Below, piece after piece: positions 24,530-32,402 of a DNA stretch of 39,730 nucleotides (position 1 is its first letter; every line of letters starts with the position of its first letter). Both the position numbers and the translations under genes were made by a program. Source of the stretch: Acidobacteriota bacterium (lineage in GTDB: Bacteria > Actinomycetota > Thermoleophilia > Miltoncostaeales > Miltoncostaeaceae). Location of the stretch: NCBI GenBank assembly GCA_018969105.1, contig JAGWYY010000001.1, positions 1 to 39,730 on the forward strand. The letters are read 5' to 3'. The notes below the pieces were generated by a model. That model saw nothing but the letters and a program-made list of their open reading frames with translations, ran no database searches and had not been told where the DNA came from.

Positions 24530-24973
24530 TCAGGGTTCGCGGCGCGTGATGGTGCCCACGCGGTCGAGAGCGCGGTCGAAGGACAGCACCTCCCGCACGC
24601 CCGTGGCCTCGGCCTGCGCGGCGAGGTAGGCGTCGGCGAAGCCCAGGCGCGCGCGCTCGTAGATGGCCAGCGCGCGCAGCAGCACCGGGGTGTCGATCGT
24701 GACGATGGTCGGGTGGGTGATGACGGCGCGCATGAGGTCTGCCACCCGCGCGCGCTGCACGTCGTACACCGACGACAGCACGTACACGCACTCGGCCAGC
24801 ACCACGTCGCAGAGCAGCAGCGGCTCGGGCGATGCCAGCGTCGCGGTGGCCCGCTGCGCCATGGCCGGAGGGTCGCCCGTGAGATGGCGGATGATGACGT
24901 TGGTGTCGACGAAGGCCGTCAGCCCTGCGCCCCGTCGAGGTGCCGGTGCGCCCGGCGCAGCACCTCGCCCCAT
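24530..24973 (-). CDS. vapC: PIN-domain toxin VapC
   Basis: FVDTNVIIRHL..., with conserved acidic residues (D..E..D). Coordinates follow the ATG of the track ORF. A CTG at 24922 overlapping the vapB stop (CTGA) would give a typical 130-aa VapC starting (M)TAFVDTNV. Confidence 0.8.
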   Translation of the reverse strand: MGRGAAPGAPAPRRGAGLTAFVDTNVIIRHLTGDPPAMAQRATATLASPEPLLLCDVVLAECVYVLSSVYDVQRARVADLMRAVITHPTIVTIDTPVLLRALAIYERARLGFADAYLAAQAEATGVREVLSFDRALDRVGTITRREP

Positions 24974-25185
24974 GCCATGCCCTTGACGGCCGGCGGCACG
25001 GCGACGGACCCCGCGAGCGCGATGAGGTCGCCGGACTTCGCGATGCTCGCGCGCCCGTCCTCCACCCTGAACACGATGGAGTCGCCCTCGGCGAGGCCGA
25101 GGGCATCGCGCACCGACTTGGGGATGGTCACCTGCCCCTTCGAGGTCAGTCGTGCCTGCACGTCCACCCTAGCCTCCTTACTCAT
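24919..25185 (-). CDS. vapB: AbrB/SpoVT-type antitoxin VapB
   Basis: RLTSKGQVTIPKSVRDALGLAEGDSIVF is a SpoVT-AbrB swapped-hairpin motif. It lies immediately upstream of the PIN gene. Confidence 0.8.
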   Translation of the reverse strand: MSKEARVDVQARLTSKGQVTIPKSVRDALGLAEGDSIVFRVEDGRASIAKSGDLIALAGSVAVPPAVKGMAWGEVLRRAHRHLDGAQG

Positions 25186-25199
25186 CTATATAAGTAAGG
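25176..25199. promoter_or_regulatory. AT-rich near-palindrome overlapping the vapB start codon (candidate operator/promoter)
   Basis: On the minus strand it reads CCTTACTTATATAGATGAGTAAGG. Ten of 12 positions pair, and TATATAG sits directly upstream of the ATG. Confidence 0.5.
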
Positions 25200-25253
25200 A
25201 TACCGCTCGTCATCCGCGCGCACCGTCACGCGCGACGCGCTGACCGCCGGCGC

Positions 25254-25748
25254 CTAGGCCTCCATCTCCGCGAGGCGGCCTGTCGTGACGTCGTAGATGA
25301 ATCCCCGCACCTGGTCGGTGAAGGGGATGAAGGGGCTGGTGCGCACCCTGCGCATCGACATGCGCAGGTCCTCCTCGGTGTCGGCGAAGGTCTCGACGGC
25401 CCAGGTGGGGCGGATGCCGGTCTCGTTGTGCAGCGACCGCAGCAGCTCGTCGTCGGTGAACCGGAGCATCCCGCAGTCGGTGTGATGGATGAGGATGATC
25501 TCCCGGGTGCCGAGGAACCTCTGCGAGATCACCAGCGAGCGGATCATGTCGTCGGTCACCGTGCCGCCGGCATTGCGCATGATGTGCGCCTCGCCCGGCC
25601 GCAGGCCCAGCAGCGCCTGGGGATTGAGGCGGGAGTCCATGCATGCGACCACGGCCAGCTTGAGCGTGGGCTCCACGCCCAGGTCGCCCTGGGTGAACGA
25701 TGCGGCCCACTCCTTGGAGTAGTGAAGGAGGTCCTCGGTGGCGCTCAT
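25254..25748 (-). CDS. Beta-class carbonic anhydrase
   Basis: VVACMDSRL and IHHTDCGM zinc-ligand motifs. Confidence 0.85.
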   Translation of the reverse strand: MSATEDLLHYSKEWAASFTQGDLGVEPTLKLAVVACMDSRLNPQALLGLRPGEAHIMRNAGGTVTDDMIRSLVISQRFLGTREIILIHHTDCGMLRFTDDELLRSLHNETGIRPTWAVETFADTEEDLRMSMRRVRTSPFIPFTDQVRGFIYDVTTGRLAEMEA

Positions 25749-25777
25749 GCCCTACATGATGCCCGCTTGGCGCGATG

Positions 25778-26746
25778 CTAGCCGCCCACCACCTGGGCCA
25801 GCCAGTAGAAGAGGGGTATGCCCACGATGAGGTTGAAGGGAAACGTGATGCCCAGCGCGGCGGTGAGGTAGAGCGCCGGGTTGGCGTCGGGCAGGGCGAT
25901 GCGCACCGCCGCGGGGGCGGCGATGTACGACGCGCTCGCCGCCATCACGCCGAGCACGGTGGCACCGCCGATGGAGAGCCCTGCCACCGTACCCAGCAGC
26001 ACGCCCAGCGTGCCGTTGATGAGCGGCACCACGATGCCCACCACCACCAGGCGCGGGCCGTACTGGCGCAGGCCGGTGGCGCGGCGCACCACGGTGACGC
26101 CCAGGTCGATGAGGAACAGCGTGAGGGCCCCGAAGAAGAGGTCCTTGAAGAGCGGGTTCACCAGCTCCATTCGCTCCGGCCCGGCGATCCAGCCGATCAG
26201 CAGCCCCCCGGCGAGCAGCACGATGCTCCGGCCGAGCAGTGCCTCGCGCAGCGCGCCGGCCCACCCCCGGCGCGCCTCGCTCACCTGGTCGGCGGCGAGG
26301 GTGAGCGCCACGATGATGCCCGGTATCTCGAGCAGCGCGAGCATCGCCGGCGCGTAGCCCTCCACCGGCACTCCCGACTCGGTGAGCACGGTGAGCGACG
26401 CCGCGAAGGTGACCGCCGACACCGACCCGTAGTGGGCGGCCAGCGCGCAGCCGTCGATCTTGCTGATGGGCATCACCCACCGCGCGACCACGTAGGCGAT
26501 GAGCGGGGTGACGATGCCCAGCCCCAGGGTGATGAGCAGCGGAAGGGCGATGCCCGCCACCTGCTCCTTCGCCAAGGCCGTGCCGCCCTTGAAGCCGATG
26601 GCCAGCAGCAGGTAGATCGAGAGGCTGGTGGAGAGCGCCTTCGGCAGGTGCAGGTCGCTGCCGAGGGCCGTGACGATCACCGCGAGGATGAACGCCAGGA
26701 TCATCGGCGAGGCCAGCGTGTTGACCAGCAGGTCGAGGGAGGACAC
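25778..26746 (-). CDS. Sodium-dependent bicarbonate transporter family permease (SbtA-like)
   Basis: Polytopic membrane protein. FKGG, AAHYGSVSAVTF and ASASYIAAPAA match my recollection of the Sbt_1 family. It lies 29 nt upstream of the carbonic anhydrase. Confidence 0.75.
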   Translation of the reverse strand: MSSLDLLVNTLASPMILAFILAVIVTALGSDLHLPKALSTSLSIYLLLAIGFKGGTALAKEQVAGIALPLLITLGLGIVTPLIAYVVARWVMPISKIDGCALAAHYGSVSAVTFAASLTVLTESGVPVEGYAPAMLALLEIPGIIVALTLAADQVSEARRGWAGALREALLGRSIVLLAGGLLIGWIAGPERMELVNPLFKDLFFGALTLFLIDLGVTVVRRATGLRQYGPRLVVVGIVVPLINGTLGVLLGTVAGLSIGGATVLGVMAASASYIAAPAAVRIALPDANPALYLTAALGITFPFNLIVGIPLFYWLAQVVGG

Positions 26747-26797
26747 GCGCGCAGGCTAGCCGCGCGACGTCGCGGTGCCCGGAGAACGGTCGGGAAT

Positions 26798-26825
26798 GCT
26801 GCGGGCCCCCCGGGGGGCCCGCAGC
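26798..26825 (-). terminator. GC-rich perfect palindrome downstream of the NYN/LOTUS gene
   Basis: GCTGCGGGCCCCCCGGGGGGCCCGCAGC is a 28-nt perfect palindrome. It begins 12 nt after the stop at 26837-26839. No strong U-tract. Confidence 0.6.
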
Positions 26826-26836
26826 GCGCCCACCAC

Positions 26837-28444
26837 CTACTCGGCGGCGGGCTCCTCCCCGGTGACGGCCGCGCTGCTGCGGCGCACGCGCCGGCGGCTC
26901 GCGGGCTTCTCCTCATCCGCGGCGTCGTCGGCCTTCGCGGCGGCCTTCGTGCCCGACTTCGCCTTGGTCGCGGCGGCGGGCTCGTCGCCCTTCGCCTCGG
27001 CGGCGTCCTCGGCGGGAGCCTCCTCGTCGGCCTTCTTGCGCGTGGTGCGCCTGCGCTTGGGCTTCTCCTCCTCGGCGGGCTCCTCGGCCGTCGCCTCGGC
27101 GGCGCCCTCCGCGGGAGCCTCCTCGTCGGCCTTCTTGCGCGTGGTGCGCCTGCGCTTGGGCTTCTCCTCCGCCTCGTCGAGCGGCGGGGCCTCGGCCTCC
27201 ACCTGCTCCTCGGGCGTGGGCGTCTCGCCGATCTCGGCGAGGCCGGCCTCGCTGGCCTCCTCGGCCGCGACGTCCTCGTCGGCGATCGTCTCGAGGTCGT
27301 CCGGCGTCGGCTCGGCCTGGGTGTCGGCGTCTGCCGATGCCCGGCGGCGCCGGCGGCGCGTGCTGCGCGCGGGCGGGGCGTCGGGGTCGTCCTCCTCGAT
27401 ACCGGCAGCCTTCACCTCGGCGTCCACCTCGGGGGTGAGCAGCACCATGTCCTCGTAGGTGATGGGCTCGTCGAGCGAGGGCAGTTGGCCCAGGTCGGGG
27501 TCGGGCGTGGGGGTGACGAACACCTCGAAGATGTCCGCGCCCTTCGCCGCGGCCTCGGCGGCGGCCTCGCCGCGCGAGCGCCCGTCGGCACCGGCCTCGG
27601 CCGTGGCGCCCGGTGCGTCACCGGACGCCCCGCCGCGACCGCGGCCACCGCGCCTGCGCCTGCGACGGCCGTCGTCGCCGTCGCCATCGTCCCCGCTGGC
27701 CACGGTGATCGTGGCCGTCGACTCGCTGGTCGACACCCGGTAGGTGCCGCTGCGCGGGTCGGTCTGCAGGGTGATGCCGGCCTTGGTGGCCGACGCCTCG
27801 AGGAACTTGCTGAACGTCGAGAAGCCCAGGGCGTTCTCGTCGAAGGCCGGGTCCTTGCGGCGCATGGCGTCCTTCACCACGCTCGCCAGCGGAAGCTCCA
27901 CGCCCTCGCGCAGCAGCGCCATGAGCGACTCCTGCAGCAGCGCGATGGGGTCCTTGCGCGACCCGCCGCGGCTGCGGCGCGACGACGACGCGATGCTGTC
28001 GTAGTAGATGAACTCGTCGCAGTTGGCGATGAGGAGCTCGCTGGAGCTCTCGCGGTTGCCCACGCCGATCACGCGCTTGTTGAGCTCGCGCAGCTTGCCC
28101 ACCAGCGGGGTGAAGTCGCTGTCGCCGGACACGATGACGAAGTTGTCGAGGTGCTCGCGCGAGAACGCGAGCTCCATGGCGTCCACCGCCAGCTTGATGT
28201 CGGCGCGGTTCTTCGCGCCCTCGCGGGCCGACGGCATCTCGATGAGCTCGAGGCCGGCGTTCTGCAGGTCCATCTTCGCCTCGCGGTAGCGGCTCCAGTC
28301 CGCATACGCGCGCTTGACGACCACGCGTCCCTTCTCGGCCAGTCGGCTCAGGACGAGGTTGATATCGAAGTCGCCTCGGGACTTGGCGCCAGGTCGCGCC
28401 ATGTTCTCGAAGTCGACCAGCACGGCGAGCACGTGCTCGGCCAT
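26837..28444 (-). CDS. NYN (LabA-like) plus OST-HTH/LOTUS domain protein with a long charged disordered tail
   Basis: ATG 28444 has GGAGG 7 nt upstream. NYN motifs VLVDFENM and IVSGDSDFTPLVGKLRE. LOTUS-like segment LASVVKDAMRRKDPAFDENALGFSTFSKFLE. The tail carries RRRRRRGGRGRGG and repeated EEKPKRRRTTRKKADEEAPAE. Confidence 0.85.
   Translation of the reverse strand: MAEHVLAVLVDFENMARPGAKSRGDFDINLVLSRLAEKGRVVVKRAYADWSRYREAKMDLQNAGLELIEMPSAREGAKNRADIKLAVDAMELAFSREHLDNFVIVSGDSDFTPLVGKLRELNKRVIGVGNRESSSELLIANCDEFIYYDSIASSSRRSRGGSRKDPIALLQESLMALLREGVELPLASVVKDAMRRKDPAFDENALGFSTFSKFLEASATKAGITLQTDPRSGTYRVSTSESTATITVASGDDGDGDDGRRRRRRGGRGRGGASGDAPGATAEAGADGRSRGEAAAEAAAKGADIFEVFVTPTPDPDLGQLPSLDEPITYEDMVLLTPEVDAEVKAAGIEEDDPDAPPARSTRRRRRRASADADTQAEPTPDDLETIADEDVAAEEASEAGLAEIGETPTPEEQVEAEAPPLDEAEEKPKRRRTTRKKADEEAPAEGAAEATAEEPAEEEKPKRRRTTRKKADEEAPAEDAAEAKGDEPAAATKAKSGTKAAAKADDAADEEKPASRRRVRRSSAAVTGEEPAAE
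27012..27170. repeat. Tandem direct repeat: a 60-nt perfect copy with 99-nt period
   Basis: 27012-27071 and 27111-27170 are identical (gcgggagcctcctcgtcggccttcttgcgcgtggtgcgcctgcgcttgggcttctcctcc). They encode the duplicated EEKPKRRRTTRKKADEEAPAE unit. Confidence 0.9.
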
Positions 28445-28675
28445 GTGGGTACCTCCAGTGAATTGTTGTCGCCCCTCGAGCGGGGGCTGGTCATGCGGCT
28501 CAGTCGCCACGTCCCCGCCCGTGGGCAGGGAGCTCGCGCCACCGTAGCAGCATCGCTCCGTTCCCCCGGGTGCCGAGGCGCGCCATTCCCTAGACTCGCC
28601 TGCGGTCCGGGACGAATCCGGTTACCCGCGGGGCCACGAAGGCCCCGGAAGCCACGAGTGAAGGAAAGACGTCGA

Positions 28676-29965
28676 ATGTCGACAGAGGCCCAGGACGGAA
28701 CGCTCACCGTCACCGATAACCGGACCGGTCAGACCTACGAGTTCGCGATCACGGACGGCACGATCCGCGCCACCGAGCTCCGCAACATCAAGGTCTCGGA
28801 CGACGACTTCGGCCTGATGACCTACGACCCGGCGTTCATGAACACCGCGTCGTGCCGCAGCGCCATCACCTACCTCGACGGCGACAACGGCGTGCTGCGC
28901 TACCGCGGCTACCCCATCGAGCAGCTCGCCGAGAAGAGCACCTTCCTCGAGGTGGCCTGGCTGCTGATCCACGGCGAGCTGCCGTCGGCCGCCGAGCTCA
29001 CGCAGTTCACCAAGGACATCGCCGACCGCATGTCGGTGGACCCGTCGGTGGAGGCCGCCGTCAAGGCCTACCGCAAGGACGCCCACCCCATGGGCGTGCT
29101 CGAGGCCGGGTTCGGCCAGCTCTCCACCCTCTACCCCGAGGCGAAGGAGATCGAGAGCGACCCCGAGCGCATGGACGCCCTCTACAACACCATCGCCAAG
29201 ATGCCGACCATCGGCGGCGTGGCCTTCCGCCACAACCAGGGCAAGGACCCCGTGGCGCCCGACCCCTCGCTCGACTACTCCACGAACATCCTCAAGATGT
29301 TCTTCGGCGCCGACTACGAGCCCGACCCCCGCCTGGTGCGCGCGCTGGACATCCTGCTCATCCTCCACGCCGACCACGAGCAGAACTGCTCCACCTCCAC
29401 GGTGCGCAGCGTCGGCTCGTCGCAGGTCGACCCGTACTCGGCCGTGGCCGCCGGCGTGGCCGCCCTCTACGGCCCGCTGCACGGCGGCGCCAACGAGGCC
29501 GTGCTCGTGATGCTGCGCGAGATCGGCTCGAAGGAGAACGTCCCCGAGTTCGTCGAGAAGGTGAAGAACCGCGAGGCGCTGCTCATGGGCTTCGGCCACC
29601 GCGTCTACAAGAACTACGACCCGCGGGCCACCATCATCAAGAAGGCCTGCGACGACGTCTTCGAGGTCACCGGGGTCAACCCGCTCCTCGAGATCGCCGT
29701 CGAGCTCGAGTCGGTGGCGCTCAACGACGAGTTCTTCATCCAGCGCAAGCTCTACCCGAACGTCGACTTCTACTCCGGCCTCATATACGAGGCGCTGGGC
29801 ATCCCGTCCGAGATGTTCACGGTCATGTTCGCCATCGGTCGCGCCCCGGGCTGGGTCGCGCAGTGGCTCGAGATGATCAACGACAAGGAGCAGAAGATCT
29901 CGCGTCCGCGCCAGGTGTACGTGGGCCCGGACGAGCGCGACTACATCGACATCGGCTCGCGCTGA
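28676..29965 (+). CDS. gltA: Citrate synthase
   Basis: Real C-terminal part of the spurious 1396-aa ORF. ATG 28676 has AAGGAAAG upstream. Motifs YRGYPIEQLA, LILHADHEQNCSTSTVR, GPLHGGANE, GFGHRVYKNYDPRA. Confidence 0.95.
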   Translation: MSTEAQDGTLTVTDNRTGQTYEFAITDGTIRATELRNIKVSDDDFGLMTYDPAFMNTASCRSAITYLDGDNGVLRYRGYPIEQLAEKSTFLEVAWLLIHGELPSAAELTQFTKDIADRMSVDPSVEAAVKAYRKDAHPMGVLEAGFGQLSTLYPEAKEIESDPERMDALYNTIAKMPTIGGVAFRHNQGKDPVAPDPSLDYSTNILKMFFGADYEPDPRLVRALDILLILHADHEQNCSTSTVRSVGSSQVDPYSAVAAGVAALYGPLHGGANEAVLVMLREIGSKENVPEFVEKVKNREALLMGFGHRVYKNYDPRATIIKKACDDVFEVTGVNPLLEIAVELESVALNDEFFIQRKLYPNVDFYSGLIYEALGIPSEMFTVMFAIGRAPGWVAQWLEMINDKEQKISRPRQVYVGPDERDYIDIGSR

Positions 29966-29966
29966 C

Positions 29967-30368
29967 GTGAGCACGGAGCAGCCCACGGGCGGCGCCCCCG
30001 ACATGGCCGTGTGGGCCGAGATCGTGGACGCCCTCGAGGACTCCGTGCCCCCGGAGTGGACCCGCTTCGCCCGCGACTCGGCCGACACCTCGTGGATGCG
30101 CGCGATGCTGCTGCTCGACGCCCACGATCGCCTCGGCAACCCCACGCCCACCGAGCACGTGTCCCACACGCTTCACCACCTGGCGCTCTCGAACGAGCGC
30201 GAGGGCGAGGCCAAGGGCTGGGAGATGCTGTTCGAGAAGCGCCGCGAGGAGCGCCGCCAGATGCTCCTCCTCATCGAGGAGAAGGGTCCACTCGTGCTCG
30301 ACGGCGATCCGCTCGCGCTGTTCCACCGGTCGATCGTGCCGGTGGTCATCGCGGCGCCGGGGTCGTAG
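29967..30368 (+). CDS. Hypothetical protein
   Basis: The GTG start lies 1 nt after the gltA stop. Composition is plausible for a real protein, with no recognisable motif. Alternative start at ATG 30003. Confidence 0.5.
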   Translation: MSTEQPTGGAPDMAVWAEIVDALEDSVPPEWTRFARDSADTSWMRAMLLLDAHDRLGNPTPTEHVSHTLHHLALSNEREGEAKGWEMLFEKRREERRQMLLLIEEKGPLVLDGDPLALFHRSIVPVVIAAPGS

Positions 30369-30416
30369 CGCCCCACGCCCGGCGGCCGCCCGCGAGGCGG
30401 CGCGCCGGGGCCATGC

Positions 30417-30905
30417 CTACGTCCGTGCCGTGGCGGCGGCGCGCAGGATGCGCGGCGGGAGGACCGCCACGAGGCGCCCGGCCCCGAGCCGCGGCACCTC
30501 GATGTCGATCACAGCGGCCCCGGGGCGCTTGAACCCGACGTGGCCGCACCCGGTGAGGTCCGACAGCGCGTAGGTGAGTCCAGGCTGGTGCGTGCAGGCC
30601 ACGATCGTGGTGGCGTCCGGGTGCTCGAGCATCACGTCGATGAGGTCCGAGGCGCTCATGCCGGGCGCGAGGCGCAGGTCGTCGTTCATCGGGCAGCCGG
30701 CGGCGCCCGCCACGAGCTCGGCGGTCTGGTGGCAGCGTGCGAGGGGGCTCGTGAGCACCAGGTCGGGGCGCACGCCCAGTGCCACCAGCCCCTGGGCCGC
30801 GAGGCCCGCGCGTTCGAGCCCCTCGGGGGTGAGGCGCCGGGCCGCGTCGCCGTCCGGGTGGTCGTCCTCGGCCACCCCATGGCGCATGAGCACGAGCGTG
30901 GTCAT
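30417..30905 (-). CDS. sixA: Phosphohistidine phosphatase SixA-like (histidine phosphatase superfamily)
   Basis: ATG 30905 overlaps the copCD stop as ATGA. Motifs LVLMRHGVAE..RRLTPEG..LVLTSPLARCHQTAELV. Confidence 0.75.
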   Translation of the reverse strand: MTTLVLMRHGVAEDDHPDGDAARRLTPEGLERAGLAAQGLVALGVRPDLVLTSPLARCHQTAELVAGAAGCPMNDDLRLAPGMSASDLIDVMLEHPDATTIVACTHQPGLTYALSDLTGCGHVGFKRPGAAVIDIEVPRLGAGRLVAVLPPRILRAAATART

Positions 30906-32350
30906 GAGATGGGGGGCACCTGGCCCACGAGCAGCGCCGAGAACACGACGATCACCAGGGTGATGGCGATCTCCACCCAGGCGTTGCGGCGCACCAGCGC
31001 CAGGGTGGCGGTGTTGGGCGGGCCCGGCACGCGGCGCAGGGCGCTCACCACGCGCCGCGCGCGCAGCGCCAGCACGATCGCCACGGCGAGCAGTCCGATC
31101 TTCACGAGGATCGTCCACCCGTAGGAGGTCTCCCACAGGTCGGCCGGCGAGCTCATCTCGCCGAACGCGCGCACTACGCCGCTCAGCACGAGCAGGGCGA
31201 CGGCGATCACCGCCAATGCGGAGAAGCGCGCGAGCGACAGCCCGCCCGCCGTGCGCCCGCCCGTGCCCGCCACCCGCGGCAGGCGCAGCAGGAACACGGT
31301 GACGATGCCCAGGCCGCCGATCCACGCGCTGGCCATGGCGGCGTGCAGGGCGTCCACCGGAACCTGCAGCGCGGGCATCGCGGTGGTGGACGCGTGGCCC
31401 TGCGCCGAGAGCGATCCGATCGCGACCAGCGCCGGCACCAGCATCACGAGCATGGGCACGAGGCCCCCGTCGGCATCTTCCGGTTTCGGCGCGTCATCGC
31501 TGCGGTACTCGGCCAGGAACCTCCACACGCCCAGCGCGAACAGCACGAACAGCGCGAGGGTGCGCACCTGCAGCAGGTCGCCGAACCGGGTGTCCGCCAG
31601 CACGCGCACGATGCCCGCGGGGTCGGCCAGCGCGCCCCACACGCTGGTGCCCATCGAGGCCGCGGTCTTCACCACGAGCACGAAGGCCTCGCCCACCAGC
31701 GCCACGAGCGCCAGCGTACCGAAGCCGATCCACCAGGCGTCGCGGGCCCACGAGAGCGCCGCGTCGCGCTCGCCGTCGGGCATGCGCGGCGGGGGGCGCC
31801 AGGCGGCGCGCCACACCAGCACCCGGAACAGCAGCAGCGCCAGCAGGCCGCCAATGCCCACCAGCTCGACCCAGCGCGCGCCCACCGACCAGGCGGATGT
31901 CTCGGTGGGTCCGGTGCCGCCGCCGGGGCCGCCCAGGTATGGCGCGGCCAGCGGGACGTCACCCACCGCGAACACCGACGCCCCCGGGATGATGTGGCCA
32001 TCTGACGACACCACGCGCCAGCGCACGGTGTACGAGCCCGGCGCGAGCCGCGGGGTGAGGGGCACCTCGATCACCGCGGCGTTGCCCTGCTGCACGGTGC
32101 CCGGTCCGCTGGTCACCGGGTCGCCGCGGCCGTCCACCACCGTGAGGTCCGACTGCTGCAGCAGCTGGACGGGCTCGGTGAAGCGGATCTCCACGCGGGC
32201 GGGCCCGGAATCGAGCCGCGCGCGATCGGCGGGGGAGATCTGCTCGACAAGGGCGTGTGCCATCGCCCCGGGCGCGAAGGCCAGCGCCGCGAAGAGCGCG
32301 ACGGCCAGTGCCGCGAGGGCCCTCGTGAGTGGCGTGGCGGGGAATCGCAC
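30902..32350 (-). CDS. CopC-CopD fusion copper resistance/import protein (YcnJ-like)
   Basis: GTG 32350 lies inside the chimeric ORF 30902..32842. The signal peptide ends AMA|HALVEQISP, giving an N-terminal His. CopC-like beta domain (GSYTVRWRVVSSDGHI), then about 8 TM helices (CopD-like). Confidence 0.8.
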   Translation of the reverse strand: MRFPATPLTRALAALAVALFAALAFAPGAMAHALVEQISPADRARLDSGPARVEIRFTEPVQLLQQSDLTVVDGRGDPVTSGPGTVQQGNAAVIEVPLTPRLAPGSYTVRWRVVSSDGHIIPGASVFAVGDVPLAAPYLGGPGGGTGPTETSAWSVGARWVELVGIGGLLALLLFRVLVWRAAWRPPPRMPDGERDAALSWARDAWWIGFGTLALVALVGEAFVLVVKTAASMGTSVWGALADPAGIVRVLADTRFGDLLQVRTLALFVLFALGVWRFLAEYRSDDAPKPEDADGGLVPMLVMLVPALVAIGSLSAQGHASTTAMPALQVPVDALHAAMASAWIGGLGIVTVFLLRLPRVAGTGGRTAGGLSLARFSALAVIAVALLVLSGVVRAFGEMSSPADLWETSYGWTILVKIGLLAVAIVLALRARRVVSALRRVPGPPNTATLALVRRNAWVEIAITLVIVVFSALLVGQVPPIS

Positions 32351-32356
32351 GGCCCC

Positions 32357-32370
32357 GCAGGCTAGCCTGC
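32357..32370. promoter_or_regulatory. Perfect 14-bp palindrome GCAGGCTAGCCTGC between divergent copCD and fabI
   Basis: Lies 6 nt upstream of the copCD GTG in a 52-nt divergent intergenic region. Candidate operator only. Confidence 0.35.
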
Positions 32371-32402
32371 TGCGGTCAGCCGGAGAGAGCGGGGGAAGTG
32401 AC

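Noticed and set aside
26750-26761. The 12-mer GGCTAGCCTGCG (minus strand) lies 4-6 nt upstream of the GTG starts of both the SbtA-like gene (26750-26761) and copCD (32356-32367).
   Set aside because: Exact 12-mer repeats are expected by chance many times in about 80 kb of two-strand GC-biased sequence. Only two copies were seen, so the shared position may be coincidence. Worth a genome-wide motif count but not supportable here.
25775-28675. N-terminal ~965 codons of the 1396-aa + ORF that ends as citrate synthase.
   Set aside because: Only the last 429 codons (from ATG 28676, with AAGGAAAG upstream) look like protein. The upstream part is antisense to the SbtA-like and NYN/LOTUS genes and crosses a terminator palindrome.
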